A DNA stretch of 64,000 bases from contig NIVC01001785.1 of NCBI GenBank assembly GCA_002269645.1, positions 62,001-126,000 of the forward strand. Reading direction: 5' to 3'. The DNA comes from Macrostomum lignano. Lineage: Eukaryota. A program made the position numbers and the translations under genes. The notes beneath the pieces were generated by a model. It did no database searches and was not told where the DNA came from. It worked only from the letters and a program-made list of their open reading frames with translations. Below are positions 18,340 through 32,753 of this stretch, in pieces (the first letter of the stretch is position 1; each line of letters begins with the position of its first letter).

Positions 18340-19200
18340 AGTTGTCAGCCTGTAACCCCCTGGTCCCTTCAGTCAGACAGCCTGTTACCCTCTGGTCCCT
18401 TTCAGTCAGACAGCCTGTTACCCTCTGGACCCTTCAGTCAGACAGCCTGTTACCCTCTGGTTCCTTCAGTCAGACAGCCTGTAACCCCCTGGTCCCTTCA
18501 GTCAGACAGCCTGTTACCCTCTGGTCCCTTCAGTCAGACAGCCTGTTACCCTCTGGTCCCTTCGGTTCGACAGTCTGTTACCCTCTGATTCATTCAGTCA
18601 GGCAGCCTGTTACCCTCTGGACCCTTCAGTCAGACAGCCTGTTACCCTCTGGTCCCTTCGGTTCGACAGTCTGTTACCCTCTGATTCATTCAGTCAGGCA
18701 GCCTGTTACCCTCTGGACCCTTCAGTCAGGCAGCCTGTTACCCTCTGGTCCCTTCAGTCAGACAGCCTGTTACCCTCTGGTTCCTTCAGTCAGACAGCCT
18801 GTTACCCTCTGGTCCCTTCGGTTCGACAGTCTGTTACCCTCTGATTCATTCAGTCAGGCAGCCTGTTACCCTCTGGACCCTTCAGTCAGGCAGCCTGTTA
18901 CCCTCTGGTCCCTTCGGTTCGACAGTCTGTTACCCTCTGATTCATTCAGTCAGGCAGCCTGTTACCCTATGGACCCTTCAGTCAGGCAGCCTGTTACCCT
19001 CTGGTCCCTTCAGTCAGACAGCCTGTTACCCTCTGGTTCCTTCAGTCAGACAGCCTGTTACCCTGTGGTTCCTTCGGTCCGACAGCCTGTTACCCTCTGA
19101 TTCATTCAGCCAGACAGTCTGTTACCCTCTGGTCCCTTCAGTCAGACGGCCTGTTGCCCTCTGGTTCATTCTGTCAGGCAGCCTGTTACCCTCTGGTTCC
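18340..19200. repeat. 32/33-bp minisatellite (CAGCCTGTTACCCTCTGGTCCCTTCAGTCAGA)
   Basis: About 26 tandem copies with recurring variant blocks. Confidence 0.95.
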
Positions 19201-20024
19201 TTAATCATGCTCATCTACCTTCAGTTTGCTACTACAATATTCCCTATTCAAAGCGCTCAAAGCTTCGCCATGCTTTAACAAACTGACTGAAATGAAGAAA
19301 TTAACCATGACAGATGGCTGTCTGTCATAGCGAATTAGTCTGATTGCAGGCAACAGGTTTCTTCATTGCTACTGGGCATCAGTAGCTGATGCCGCGAATT
19401 CCGCTGTCCAGTGTTCTGCTGGAGCAGAAGCAAATTGGACAACTCGCTAAGCCTTAAACTGTCTTCCTAGCCTAACTGCGGTCTCAAATTTCCAAAGGCA
19501 GACTGGCTGGCAATAATTACATTACAGCGGATTAATGCCCAGCCTGCCATGCTGGTGGGAGATTGAATTATTAAGGCAGCAGAAAATAGTTTAAGGCGAA
19601 GTGCGGCTGTTGGCCCAGTCTCTCCTCTGGGTATTCGGTTGATTACACGTCGCAAAAAGTGAGGGTGTGACGCTATATTCATGGTTAACTTGACTATATT
19701 GGAGAATGTCTTCTCGAACTGCAACATGCTGGCGTTGGGTGTCATTTGGCACTGTCGTGTTAGGGCTATAATGCAAGTTGAGAACTGCACCAAGTGAAGA
19801 TCTCAACACTTCCCCCCCCCGCTCGCTGACTGCACTGAATCAATAGTCTTTTGGCCATAGACATCCTCAGGCTGACTGGTAAATGTGTAGCTTGTCGGTA
19901 TCAAATGATACCACAGTAATTTGAAGTTTAATTTACCGCTTTCGGACATCTAGCTTGCTGGGATCAATGATGCTTTCAAGTGTAGCTTAGATTACACTTA
20001 TTTTCCGCGATCAAATATGTAAGT

Positions 20025-20250
20025 TTGTATTGTAGTGTACCGGTTCCAGGTGACAACTATTGTAGTTTACCGGTTCAAGGTGACAACTATTGTAGTTTAC
20101 CGGTTGCAGATGACAACTATTGTAGTTTACCGGTTTCAGGTGACAACTATTGTAGTTTACCGGTTTCAGGTGACAACTATTTTAGTTTACCGGTTCCAGA
20201 TGACGCTGAATTGTAGTTTACCGGTTCCAGATGATACTGAATTGTAGTTA
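20025..20250. repeat. 30-bp minisatellite (TTGTAGTTTACCGGTTTCAGGTGACAACTA)
   Basis: About 7 copies. Confidence 0.9.
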
Positions 20251-21214
20251 ACCTTTACCAGCTTCATTAAAATTACTTGTAATCTAATAGTGTTACCATT
20301 AGTAAGACTTAATTGTTCCGCTTGGCCAGGCTCGTTGCGATTGCATTGCATTGGCACCAACTCATATTGTTAGGCTTTTAATTTTACTTGTAATTAACCA
20401 TTTTCCTTTTTATTTGCCGCATAGCCTATAATGAGGAGTCAACGACGATGACAGATAGTCATGATATCGCGTGCCTGTCTGTAACATCTGCCTCTGTCAC
20501 CCTCTCATCACCGACGGAACAACCTGCCCGTCTGGCTCTCTCCCTCTCTCTGGTGATCTCGGCCCGTTCAAAGCCCATGACGGATCCCCGCCCCGTCATC
20601 GCCTTCCTGTCTGTCTCCCTCTCTCCCTGAATCCCCACTCTTCTCCAGTCTCCCTTATCCTCTGCGTTGACCTGTCGTCTCAGCTTGTTATATAGCGTCA
20701 TCATCATCGGCATAATCTCAATATACCGGTATGCAATATCTGCATTCACAGCAAGCAAAGGGGGGTGGGAGAAGAAGGAAGGGGTTGTTGCAAATTTGAG
20801 CAATTTTCTGCCCCGTTGGATACAAGGCCCACCGCCTCGCCAAAAAGGCGGCTGCTGCTGCGGCGGCTGTGGTCCGCCATTTTGGGATGCGTGTGGGGGT
20901 GGAGGTTGTTGTTGGCGGCAGTTGCAATTGCAATTCAAAAGTTGGGCTCAGTATAATAAGCTAGATAGCGTCTGATTGACTGACAGACAGACAGACAGAC
21001 GACAGCTTTTCAGTAGATTGGAGAGGCTGAGAGCTGCCCATTCTTGGCCGCTTTGGTTGACGCAATATGCAAAAATGCAGCTAATTGTTAAAATCATAGG
21101 TGGCTATTTTAGAGCACACTTAAGAGTTTGAAACAATGTTTTCTTTGTTAAAAATAAGCTGTATCTGGCTGCTTTTTCCACTGGCTAAAAACTAATTTAC
21201 CTGTTTCCAAAGGG

Positions 21215-22332
21215 TCTGAGAGGTTAGTTTACCTGTCCCAGTAGGATCTGAGAGGTTAGTTTACCTGTCTCAATAAGATCTGAGAGGTTAGTTTGCCTGT
21301 CTCAATAAGATCTGAGAGGTTAGTTTGCCTGTCTCAATAAGATCTAAGAGGTTAGTTTATCTGTCTCAATAGGATCTGAGGGGTTAGTTTACCTGTCTCA
21401 ATAAGATCTGAGGGGTTAGTTTACCTGTCTCAATAAGATCTGAGGGGTTAGTTTACCTGTCTCAATAAGATCTGAGGGGTTAGTTTACCTGTCTCAATAA
21501 GATCTGAGGGGTTAGTTTACCTGTCTCAATAAGATCTGAGAGGTTATTTTATCTGTCTCAATAAGATCTGAGAGGTTAGTTTACCTGTCTCAATAAGATC
21601 TGAGGGGTTAGTTTACCTGTCTCAATAAGATCTGAGGGGTTAGTTTACCTGTCTCAATAAGATCTAAGAGGTTATTTTATCTGTCTCAATAAGATCTGAG
21701 AGGTTAGTTTACCTGTCTCAATAAGATCTGAAAGGTTAGTTTACCTGTCTCAATAAGATCTGAGGGGTTAGTTTACCTGTCTCAATAAGATCTGAGAGAT
21801 TAGTTTACCTGTCTCAATAAGATCTGAGAGGTTAGTTTACCTGTCTCAATAAGATCTGAGAGATTAGTTTACCTGTCTCAATAAGATCTGAGAGGTTAGT
21901 TTACCTGTCTCAATAGGATCAGAGGTTAGTTTACCTGTCTCAATAGGATCAGAGGTTAGTTTACCTGTCTCAATAGGATCAGAGGTTAGTTTACCTGTCT
22001 CAATAAGATCTGAGAGATTAGTTTACCTGTCTCAATAAGATCTGAGAGGTTAGTTTACCTGTCTCAATAGGATCAGAGGTTAGTTTACCTGTCTCAATAG
22101 GATCAGAGGTTAGTTTACCTGTCTCAATAGGATCAGAGGTTAGTTTACCTGTCTCAATAGGATCAGAGGTTAGTTTGCCTGTCTCAATAGGATCAGAGGT
22201 TAGTTTACCTGTCTCAATAGGATCAGAGGTTAGTTTACCTGTCTCAATAGGATCAGAGGTTAGTTTACCTGTCTCAATAGGATCAGAGGTTAGTTTGCCT
22301 GTCTCAATAGGATCAGAGGTTAGTTTACCTGC
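21215..22332. repeat. 32-bp minisatellite switching to a 30-bp variant (GAGGTTAGTTTACCTGTCTCAATA..GATC)
   Basis: About 36 tandem copies. Confidence 0.95.
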
Positions 22333-24027
22333 ATGAATGGATGGAAATATACTCATAGTTAACCTTAATCGGACAGTAAATATTTGTTCCGTTTGTCGTA
22401 TTTTCTAAAGCGATAAAGTTAGCAAACCTATCTTTACTAAGGTATATTATTAGTATTAAAGTGTTTCGTATTCATTCTTGCAGATTATTGTAGCGATCTT
22501 ACCGGTACTCGCTCAGCCCCAATAATGAGTCAGCCAACGAGTCAGCTCGGTGTATTTCAAAACAACAGTCAGTCCCGCGGCTCCCATCGTATCTCTTTGT
22601 TAATTAGTGTGGCAGCAGTAGCAAAAAATTATGGACGAGCCGCGCTAAAGCTACAAGTTCTTGTCTTCCCCGAAACCCAGGCATGTCCCAAGATATTCGC
22701 GGTAAGGTAATACGATGGGCTAAGCAGAGGCTGTTAAAAGTGTGGTCTTATTATTTTATTACTCTACACTGTCGAGCGGTTCTGATAAGTCTTAATTAAT
22801 CTGCGATTGCATTTTTCCGCCAGATTTACCTTCCCCTCACTACTAAGTGTCCTCTCTCGACAAGATGCGTATTGCAGACTGCCATGCAGCATTCTTATCT
22901 TCCCGCTCAGCAGCAGCCTCTCTTTGTGTGCGTGCTTATCAAATTGAGCTCCCCTGTTGTCGCTGAAATAATAATTGTTAGCTGATTGAGATGCAAATGA
23001 GCAGTTTAGGGAGAAGCGAGCTGTCAATTCGGGTGTAAAATGCAAAAAAATTTCTGTGAGCACGACAACAGCTGACGGATACCTCGTTTGAATCGTTAAT
23101 GCCCCCCCATGCAGTCAGCATATTCAATACAGAGCTCATGTATGTGGAAATTTGCTCAGAAGGACACAGATGCTTTTTATAGCCTGCAGATATATAGAGA
23201 CTTGCTTTGAGGCATTGAGACAAGTCTTATACTTACTATCTGACACACCTGTCTGACTGTTGGTAATTGGTAATTTCTTTGGCTCAAATTTACTTTGACT
23301 AGATAAGTGGATCGATTGGATGGGAGAAGAAGACGCTCAGAGGGAGGGATTTGGGATTAAGGTCATGGTCGTCGCGTGCAGGTTGCGTGAGGAGTAGAGA
23401 GAGGAGCTTGTGAAAAATCATTTCTTTCGTGTCTAAAGTTATGAAACTCGTCATAACTACTTCTTCTAAAAGTAGATTCTTTGATTAGAAAAAGTTCTAC
23501 AATGTAAATCTTCAAATAATTTTTGCTCAAGGTATATATATTAGATTTTGAAACCTGCATGTTTAGTTGAAGCCATAAAACTGCTTTTATGAGTATATCA
23601 TGCTGGCACATTGCGTTGAGCAGTTGCTACCCCTAAGGCAAACATTCGCTTAATTTGTGGGGTGGAGGGTTGAGACTGGGTGTTCCGTATATTAGCTATC
23701 GGAAGCTGAGCAGACATGACATCTTGTGCTAGCCCGGGCGCAGGCAAGCGAAGGAAGGAATCGATGGCCTAATTAAAACGGGATAAAGGAAGTGGAGATG
23801 CCGAGCGAAGGGCCTCATAACGGATGTGGCTTGATGACTGAGGTATCATAGATATGGGAAAGGCCTTTTAATTACAGTCAATGCATGCCGTGTTTGCCTG
23901 CCTGGCCGCCCCCCGGACTGCGAGCTCAAACTGTTTGCTCACACGGGGCGTCTGTAAGGCTGGTGAGCAAAGATTAAGCAATGCAGGCAGGTGAGCTGAC
24001 CGCTTAGACAAATTTTATCTCGGGACC

Positions 24028-24310
24028 AGGGGACAGGGAACCTAGCATTCGAGATGGGGACCCCTGGTTCGATTCCGAGCGCGTTCGCATTCATCTGAGG
24101 GCTCGTGTGCACGCAAATTGGCTAAGGGGGCTGTCGTGCAACCCACAGTAATGAGGGCCAAACCCCAAGGCACAGAGACTGTACATGCCTGACGATTAGA
24201 CAGTCAAAGGGCTGCTGTACACCCTGCGTGAGCGAGTGTATGAGTGCTGTGCCTGCGTACTGTATTGGCGCGCCACAGGGTGCCCGCAGGCCTCCTGCAA
24301 CAATATTTAT
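24028..24310 (+). mobile_element. tRNA-derived SINE
   Basis: B-box GGTTCGATTCC at about 24066-24076, then the shared core CCAAGGCAC..TGTACATGCCTGA..GCTGTACACCC and an A/T-rich end. Confidence 0.6.
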
Positions 24311-24424
24311 TTTTGAGATGGTGGCACTGCCCCCCCCCCGATACGACCGTATTTGAATTTTATTGCCTAGCTGCAATGAGGGAGTTCAAAGGGGTCAGCT
24401 TCCCCCTTAGAAAAATGGGGGGTG

Positions 24425-24700
24425 GGTGGGTATTTTATTAAAGGTAGAGGGCTGTGTGCACCCTGGCGCACTGCAAGCGCCATTGTCGCACAACCGGCGA
24501 GAGGCATTGCTGCCCATTCCGCCGACTCCCCTGAGCAGGCACACAAGCGCGCGGATACGTACGCAGTCATACGCACAGGCACACACTCACACAGGAGTGT
24601 ACAGCGGCCCTAACTTTATATTATCGTTCGGCATGTACACTTCACTGTGACTTGGAGGGTTGGCTCTCAAGGCCGTTAATTGCACGAGCAGAGCCAAGCC
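24425..24700 (-). mobile_element. SINE copy (core plus 3' tail), tail-to-tail with the preceding SINE
   Basis: The core is on the minus strand; about 130 bp of tail is roughly 90% identical (by eye) to 43777-43905. Confidence 0.7.
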
Positions 24701-25669
24701 AAGATTCCAATTTAGCCTCAAATTAATGTGACTGCACTTGGAATCGAGCCTGGGCCGCTGGTACATCAGAGCGCCGTGCTGGACCCTGGGAAAAATATCC
24801 TGCCTGCTAAACGCAACCTTGCACAAGCGCGCAATGACGAAGGCGCGCATTGATTAATTACGAGTATTTAATTGGAATCGCCCGGAGTCTTTGTAACAAA
24901 AGTTATTTTTGTACTCATCACTTTCGCTCTCGGCTTGTCAAAACTAGGCGTCACTCGCCATCGCTTATTATATAAAACGTAAAACTGTAAAAGTGCGCGC
25001 GGACGGAAGGCATCGCGCTTTTCTAAGAAAGAACTAATTCCTCTAGAAAATACAAATAAAAAGTCTTTGTTTGACAATCAGACGGCATTCATTTAAATAG
25101 AATTAATATTATGAAGTTTAAAATAGAATTTTTACACAATAAAATACTATTTTTATTTGATTAAAATACGAGCATTTAAGCACAGAGAAGAGGAGAGTAC
25201 AGTTTGAAAAATAAGAGTACGATCGGGACTATAAGACTCATTACAATTTTGTCAATTTTATGATACAAGCTTTCAGGATAGTTTTATGAAGAGTATTTTG
25301 GGAATTTATTTTCAATTTGTGCTGTACACTTGAACATCTTACGTACAGCATTTGCAGCATACGACCTAATTATTACTTGATTTTGTTTTAACGCGACTAA
25401 ACCAATTTATAAAAGAATTATTAGCTATGTTACAGCGAGTATTAGTTGGCGAAAGCAAATCAATTCTTTGAAACAGTTATACAGATCTGTCTTTCCGGTT
25501 CCTGTCTTTGATTGTTTTGGTTGTTGTCTGCGATTTGTAAGCCAATAAAAGGTGAATAGGTGTAGTGACACTAAATTATAGGTATTAGTCTGTTTGGCCT
25601 ATTTAATTTGAAAGATAGATTTAAATTATTGGACTTAGTTTAGATTTGCTGGGCTACAACCCCTAGTTA

Positions 25670-25960
25670 GAGCGTTAGAGGTCAGAGCGTCGGACTCACG
25701 ACTGGAAGGTCGGGGGTTCGATTCTCGACCCACTCAGAACAACTTGTGTCCTTCAGCAGGACACTTAACTCTGCATTGCTTCAGTTCACCCAGCTGTAAA
25801 ATGGGTGCCAGCATTAGCTGGGGGAATTGAGGCTGTGTGTGGCGACCCCCCAGTCCTTGGACTGAACAGCCGTACGCAGCCTTCAGATGCGCCGCACAAT
25901 AGCTGCGGTTGAGCTGTCGGTTGCACATCTGGCCATTAGGGCAGGTGTAATCAATTATTC
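25670..25960 (+). mobile_element. tRNA-derived CORE-type (MIR-like) SINE
   Basis: tRNA-like head with B-box GGTTCGATTCT (25715-25725), followed by TGTGTCCTTCAGCAGGACACTTAACTCTGCATTGCTTCAGTTCACCCAGCTGTAAAATGGG (25745-25805), which resembles the CORE domain consensus. Confidence 0.7.
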
Positions 25961-26299
25961 TAATTACTTTTCTGGAGTTTCAGAATTCAATGATCTGCAA
26001 GCATTTTTCATTTACAGATCAGGAAAAAGATTTTTGAAAAAAGTTTTGAGAAGATTTTTTTAGAACACACCACGTGATTCTCTTTTTCGCTAATGCTAAT
26101 CTAAGCAAAATTGAGCCTTCAAATAAAATTCCTACAGTGTTGCGGCCTGATGGCCTAATCGCGCGAGGACAGGAAAGACGAGACACATCCTTCCGTTCAA
26201 TTAGAGCCTCTCTAACAGGGTATTTTGTTGCTGATGCTGTTCAGGCTATTCCGTCATCTCTCTACCAGCGGTCCTTTGTTCGAATCTGCCGCTTGGCCG

Positions 26300-26803
<504 letters not shown>

Positions 26804-26889
26804 TCATCAACTTCGTTGATGGTAGAAATCTGTGCCCCCACCCCCAAATAAAACGGAAATTTTGCTCTTAATCATGTGGGAAATTTAGC

Positions 26890-27355
26890 ATTAGTGAATT
26901 GAGAAATTCCTCCTTCTTCCAGTGAGAAATTCCCCCTCTTCAAGTGAGAAATCCCCCCTCTTCAAATGAGAAATTCCCCCCTCTTCAAGTAAGAAATTCC
27001 CCCCTCTTCAAATGAGAAATTCCCCCCTCTTCAAGTAAGAAACCCCCCCTCTTCAAGTGACAAATTCCCCCCTCTTCAATTGAGAAATTCCCCCCTCTTC
27101 AAGTAAGAAATCCCCTCCCTTCAAGTGAGAAATCCCCCCTCTTCAAATGAGAAATTCCCCCCTCTTCAAGTAAGAAACCCCCCCTCTTCAAGTGACAAAT
27201 TCCCCCCTCTTCAATTGAGAAATTCCCCCCTCTTCAAGTAAGAAATCCCCTCCCTTCAAGTGAGAAATCCCCCCTCTTCAAATGAGAAATTCCCCCCTCT
27301 TCAAGTAAGAAATTCCCCCCTCTTCAAGTGAGAAGTTCCTCCTCTTCAAGAGAAA
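26890..27355. repeat. ~22-24-bp minisatellite (GAGAAATTCCCCCCTCTTCAAGT)
   Basis: About 20 tandem copies. Confidence 0.9.
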
Positions 27356-28244
27356 ATTTGTTCTCATTCGTCTAGTGGGAAAATTCCCTCCAAAAAGTGA
27401 GAACTTCCTCACATCTAAGACGAGAACAATAATTTGTGCATCAATGAAAGATGATCCCAGATCAATCCCCCATATTCTTGTTTATAGCTACTCAAGTCTG
27501 AGGTACATACATTGCAATAGAAAACAATGGGAAAATCTAAAAATACGGTAAAATCAAAATTAATTCTTCACTAAGCAGAGGTTTCTATCCATTGTTAAAA
27601 TGGAATATCCGAAATACATGTAACACACGCACCAATCGATGACACTGAGACAATGCAATGCATTATAAACAATGCAAAACAATGCAGAGATATTCTTAGC
27701 GTTCTTTTTCCAGTCCCGTGTTTTCATTTTCAAACAGTCAATCGCCGCTGCTCCTGCGCTGCGGTTAAAAAAAACTTTCGAAATTTCGTCTTTTTTTGTA
27801 ACTTCCTCCTGCCTCAACGGCTGGCTTTCAATGGTGGGGAGTTTTTACAGCTCCGGCTTCCCAGTCTCTGCTCGCTCGGAATTGAAAATCAAAAGGCGGC
27901 TTCAACTCAGCAACTCAGGGCAGCCCTGAAGTCGAGCGGTCATAAAAAAAGCAAAATGCTTGCGGGACAGGAGGCTGGAGCAGTGAAGAAGATGAGGCAC
28001 AGAGAGAAGGAGAACAGGAAGAGTCCCAGATCAAAGCTTTTGCCGGATCCCAAATTTAGGGGCGACCCCCGCTGAGACAAAGAGCAAACCAAGGGAAGCT
28101 GGACGAGGCTCTGCTTCCGTGTGAAGCAGAAGTATGGGAAACTAATTGAAGTCTGACACGGAACTCTCCGAAGCCGCCCGGGTGCACCGCGACTCGGAGG
28201 GTGGGGGGGGGAGCTGAGGCCTGCCGACTTCGCTCTCTTCGATT

Positions 28245-29815
28245 AGCTAGCCCACCAATGATGAAGGAATAGGATGGATTGCTAATCTAGCCCACCACTG
28301 ATCAAGGAACAGGATGGATTGCTAATCTAGCCCACCAATGATGAAGGAATAGGATGGATTGCTAATCTAGCCCACCACTGATCAAGGAATAAGATGGATT
28401 GCTAATCTAGCCCACCACTGATCAAGGAACAGGATGGATTGCTAATCTAGCCCACCAATGATGAAGGAATAGGATGGATTGCTAATCTAGCCCACCACTG
28501 ATCAAGGAATAAGATGGATTGCTAATCTAGCCCACCACTGATCAAGGAATGAGATGGATTGCTAATCTAGCCCACCAATGATGAAGGAATAGGATGGATT
28601 GCTAATCTAGCCCACCACTGATCAAGGAATAAGATGGATTGCTAATCTAGCCCACCACTGATCAAGGAACAGGATGGATTGCTAATCTAGCCCACCACTG
28701 ATCAAGGAACAGGATGGATTGCTAATCTAGCCCACCACTGATCAAGGAATGAGATGGATTGCTAATCTAGCCCACCACTGATCAAGGAACAGGATGGATT
28801 GCTAATCTAGCCCACCAATGATGAAGGAATAGGATGGATTGCTAATCTAGCCCACCACTGATCAAGGAATAAGATGGATTGCTAATCTAGCCCACCACTG
28901 ATCAAGGAATGAGATGGATTGCTAATCTAGCCCACCACTGATCAAGGAATGAGATGGATTGCTAATCTAGCCCACCACTGATCAAGGAATAAGATGGATT
29001 GCTAATCTAGCCCACCACTGATCAAGGAATGAGATGGATTGCTAATCTAGCCCACCACTGATCAAGGAATAAGATGGATTGCTAATCTAGCCCACCACTG
29101 ATCAAGGAACAGGATGGATTGCTAATCTAGCCCACCAATGATGAAGGAATAGGATGGATTGCTAATCTAGCCCACCACTGATCAAGGAATAAGATGGATT
29201 GCTAATCTAGCCCACCACTGATCAAGGAATGAGATGGATTGCTAATCTAGCCCACCACTGATCAAGGAACAGGATGGATTGCTAATCTAGCCCACCACTG
29301 ATCAAGGAATAAGATGGATTGCTAATCTAGCCCACCACTGATCAAGGAATGAGATGGATTGCTAATCTAGCCCACCACTGATCAAGGAATAAGATGGATT
29401 GCTAATCTAGCCCACCACTGATCAAGGAATAAGATGGATTGCTAATCTAGCCCACCACTGATCAAGGAATGAGATGGATTGCTAATCTAGCCCACCACTG
29501 ATCAAGGAATAAGATGGATTGCTAATCTAGCCCACCACTGATCAAGGAATAAGATGGATTGCTAATCTAGCCCACCACTGATCAAGGAATGAGATGGATT
29601 GCTAATCTAGCCCACCACTGATCAAGGAATAAGATGGATTGCTAATCTAGCCCACCACTGATCAAGGAACAGGATGGATTGCTAATCTAGCCCACCACTG
29701 ATCAAGGAATGAGATGGATTGCTAATCTAGCCCACCACTGATCAAGGAATAAGATGGATTGCTAATCTAGCCCACCACTGATCAAGGAACAGGATGGATT
29801 GCTAATCTAGCCCAC
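28245..29815. repeat. 40-bp satellite (CTAGCCCACCACTGATCAAGGAATAAGATGGATTGCTAAT)
   Basis: About 39 contiguous copies, four interleaved variants, no unique spacers. Confidence 0.97.
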
Positions 29816-30291
29816 CGCAGATAATGGGATTAGAATGCAGGAGGTTCCATTCTATCTATTCCAATTTGCTTTTATTTTATTCCCAATAGACAGCGCAACT
29901 TCTGCAGGAACACGCGGGGCAAATTTGGAAGAAAGCGTTGTTTGAAAACGAAGAACAGAATCCACTCGGAGGAAACTTCCGCAGAAATCGCTAAAAAACT
30001 GAAGGGGTGGCCCTACAACATAAAATTAAAAATTTATGCCCTCTCATACTGTAGCAGCAAGTTCCCCATGCGAGGAAAAGCACAAAGAACATAAAAAGGG
30101 AATTAGTTGAGCGTTCAAGTGGCTTTGGGGGGGAGGGGGCCGGCAGGGCACGGAGGCACCGCAGTATCCGAGTGTCCGGCGATAAAATGGCGGCCATTAT
30201 TTGCAACGAACAGTGCGATGTGTGACCCAATTCCGGGCGAATTTGTCTCTTAAAGCGTTTCAGTTTGGAAACTCAAGATCCATGAAAGCTA

Positions 30292-30507
<216 letters not shown>

Positions 30508-30547
30508 CTAATTGTAAAAATAATTAAACTAGTTGAGGTAAAATCAG

Positions 30548-31010
30548 TGTACATTGGCTTGCCGGGGGAGCATGAATGTACATTGGCTTGCCGGGGGAGC
30601 ATGAATGTACATTGGCTTGCCGGAGGAGCATGAATGTACATTAGCTTGCCGGGGAACATGAATGTACATTGGCTTGCCGGGGAACATGAATGTACATTGG
30701 CTTGCCGGGGGAGCATGAATGTACATTGGCTTGCCGGGGGAGCATGAATGTACATTGGCTTGCCGGGGGAGCATGAATGTACATTAGCTTGCCGGGGAAC
30801 ATGAATGTACATTGGCTTGCCGGGGGAGCATGAATGTACATTGGCTTGCCGGGGGAGCATGAATGTACATTGGCTTGCCGGGGGAGCATGAATGTACATT
30901 GGCTTGCCGGGGGAGCATGAATGTACATTAGCTTGCCGGGGAACATGGATGTACATTGGCTTGCCGGGGGAGCATGAATGTACATTGGCTTGCCGGGGAG
31001 CGAGAATGTA
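30548..31010. repeat. 28/29-bp minisatellite (ATGAATGTACATTGGCTTGCCGGGGGAGC)
   Basis: About 16 copies. Confidence 0.95.
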
Positions 31011-31642
31011 CACTGACTCTGACTGACTAAGGAGCATGAATGTACTTCTGACTGACTGTCATTAATTTTTACCTGTTCAAAAGACCAGGAAAGTACATTA
31101 GCTGACCGAGAGAGCATGGAGACAGTTCAATAGCAAGGAGAGGCGGTTTGAATGTACATGAGCTAGTCTGAGAGCATCAGTTTGAATTATTCAAATACTG
31201 CAGTAGAACAAGTCTTATCTCTTTTTATAACTGTACTATTTATTCCATTGAAAATTTATTTAAAAATGCCAAGGCGAAAAAGGCAAAATTAGTCTCCGCA
31301 GGTTCTACTAAAATCGCCCCCCCCCTTCCTACGCCTCAGAAATCTGCCAATGCGATCTCGAACCGTTCAGCCTCCCTTATAAGCTAGCCTCATCATGGCT
31401 GGCGTCTTTGCGAGCAATTAAAAGCGAAAGAATTTCTTTCCCCAAGGCCCGTCGCGACTGATTTGATTTTTCCTATTCTATTCCGGAGCCGCGCGGCTCT
31501 TGGAATCTAAATTTGCCGGCGAAATTCTGACAGACAAAAGTGGCTGGAATAATAAGAGTAGCAAGAACCGGTCGGTTTGAGTTATTCCAAAGTTTTTGAG
31601 CTGGGTCGCTTTGTTGAATTTTTAATTAGCTGGAGGAAATTA

Positions 31643-31849
<207 letters not shown>

Positions 31850-31879
31850 TTATTGAGTTCGACCTTCAAGTGGGATTAC

Positions 31880-32015
31880 CCTGGCTTTGATACGGGACTC
31901 CCATTCTACTGGGATTTCCCTGGCCTTCGATGTGGGATTCTCCATTCGAGTGGGATTTCCCTGGCCTTTGATGTGGGATTTCCCATTCGATAGCGGTTTC
32001 CACTTCTAGTGGAAT
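31880..32015. repeat. Short diverged ~40-bp tandem repeat (GGGATTTCCCTGGCCTT..)
   Basis: About 3 imperfect copies. Confidence 0.7.
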
Positions 32016-32609
32016 TCTCCATAGCAACTAAATTGGGATTCTCCCTAGCAACAAGATAAGATGGCAATGGTTCTATCTTACAAAACTTTACAGTATCTTT
32101 TTGCGCATATTTCCCAATCCTAAACTGATATCCGGATGTTAGGATGGGGGGGGGGTAAATCAATCAAGCTACGAGGCAGCATATTTTTTGAAAACAGTCC
32201 ACAACGCACTTCTCCGAAATTAATTGCTTTTCAAAGGTATAGCAACGGACCTCTGGGTGGGTTTGCCTGGAAACCTCGGATCGCTGCAGCTTCAATGAAA
32301 ACAAGTGGAATTTCCTGACTGGCGTTGCAAATTGACGTGAAATCTATCCCTCAACAAGTCCGGCTTGGGCTGCTTGCCCCGATCAGTAGTTGGTTTGAAT
32401 GCCTCACCCGCTTGTCTATCACGGACTAACGACCTGTTCAGACTGCCATCCCTCAATCCTTGTTGGCCCTCAGCATTTTTAATTCGAGTATCTTGCAATC
32501 GTGTAGGCAGTCTGCCTGTCTGATTGACCGCTGCCCATCTGAGGGGCGATCTTTTGAAATTTAAGGCTAGAAAATAATTTCAGCTTAAGCGCGTGTCAAA
32601 AATTTTTAC

Positions 32610-32753
32610 TCGGCCTCTTCAACTTGAACCGATCGGCAGCCCAGCGGCCCTTTTGAAGCCGCAAAGCCCGGGGCCCTTTGCCCGCCACTTCATCATCGCA
32701 AGGGCGGCGGCAACCGCAGCTTCCCCGGGGAGGGATGGGCTCGGGTCCGGGAT
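32610..32753 (-). CDS. Candidate protocadherin juxtamembrane exon (phase 1-1)
   Basis: CATCAG/ acceptor, A/GTAAAA donor, 144-nt open frame PGPEPIPPRGSCGCRRPCDD..KRP. Confidence 0.35.

Noticed and set aside
19240-19810. Possible degraded transposon coding fragment
   Set aside because: No recognisable conserved motif in any frame.
20459-20975. GC-rich Q/P-rich ORFs as an exon or a gene
   Set aside because: No convincing YAG acceptor between the upstream stop and the ORF, no domain, and overlapping ORFs on both strands. It could still be an unrecognised exon or UTR.
28245-29815. CRISPR-like regular array, or tandem C/D-box snoRNAs (ATGATGA..CTGA in some units)
   Set aside because: Contiguous 40-bp monomers with no unique spacers, no cas genes and a eukaryotic context. 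The box-C-like motif occurs only in a minority variant and has no terminal stem.
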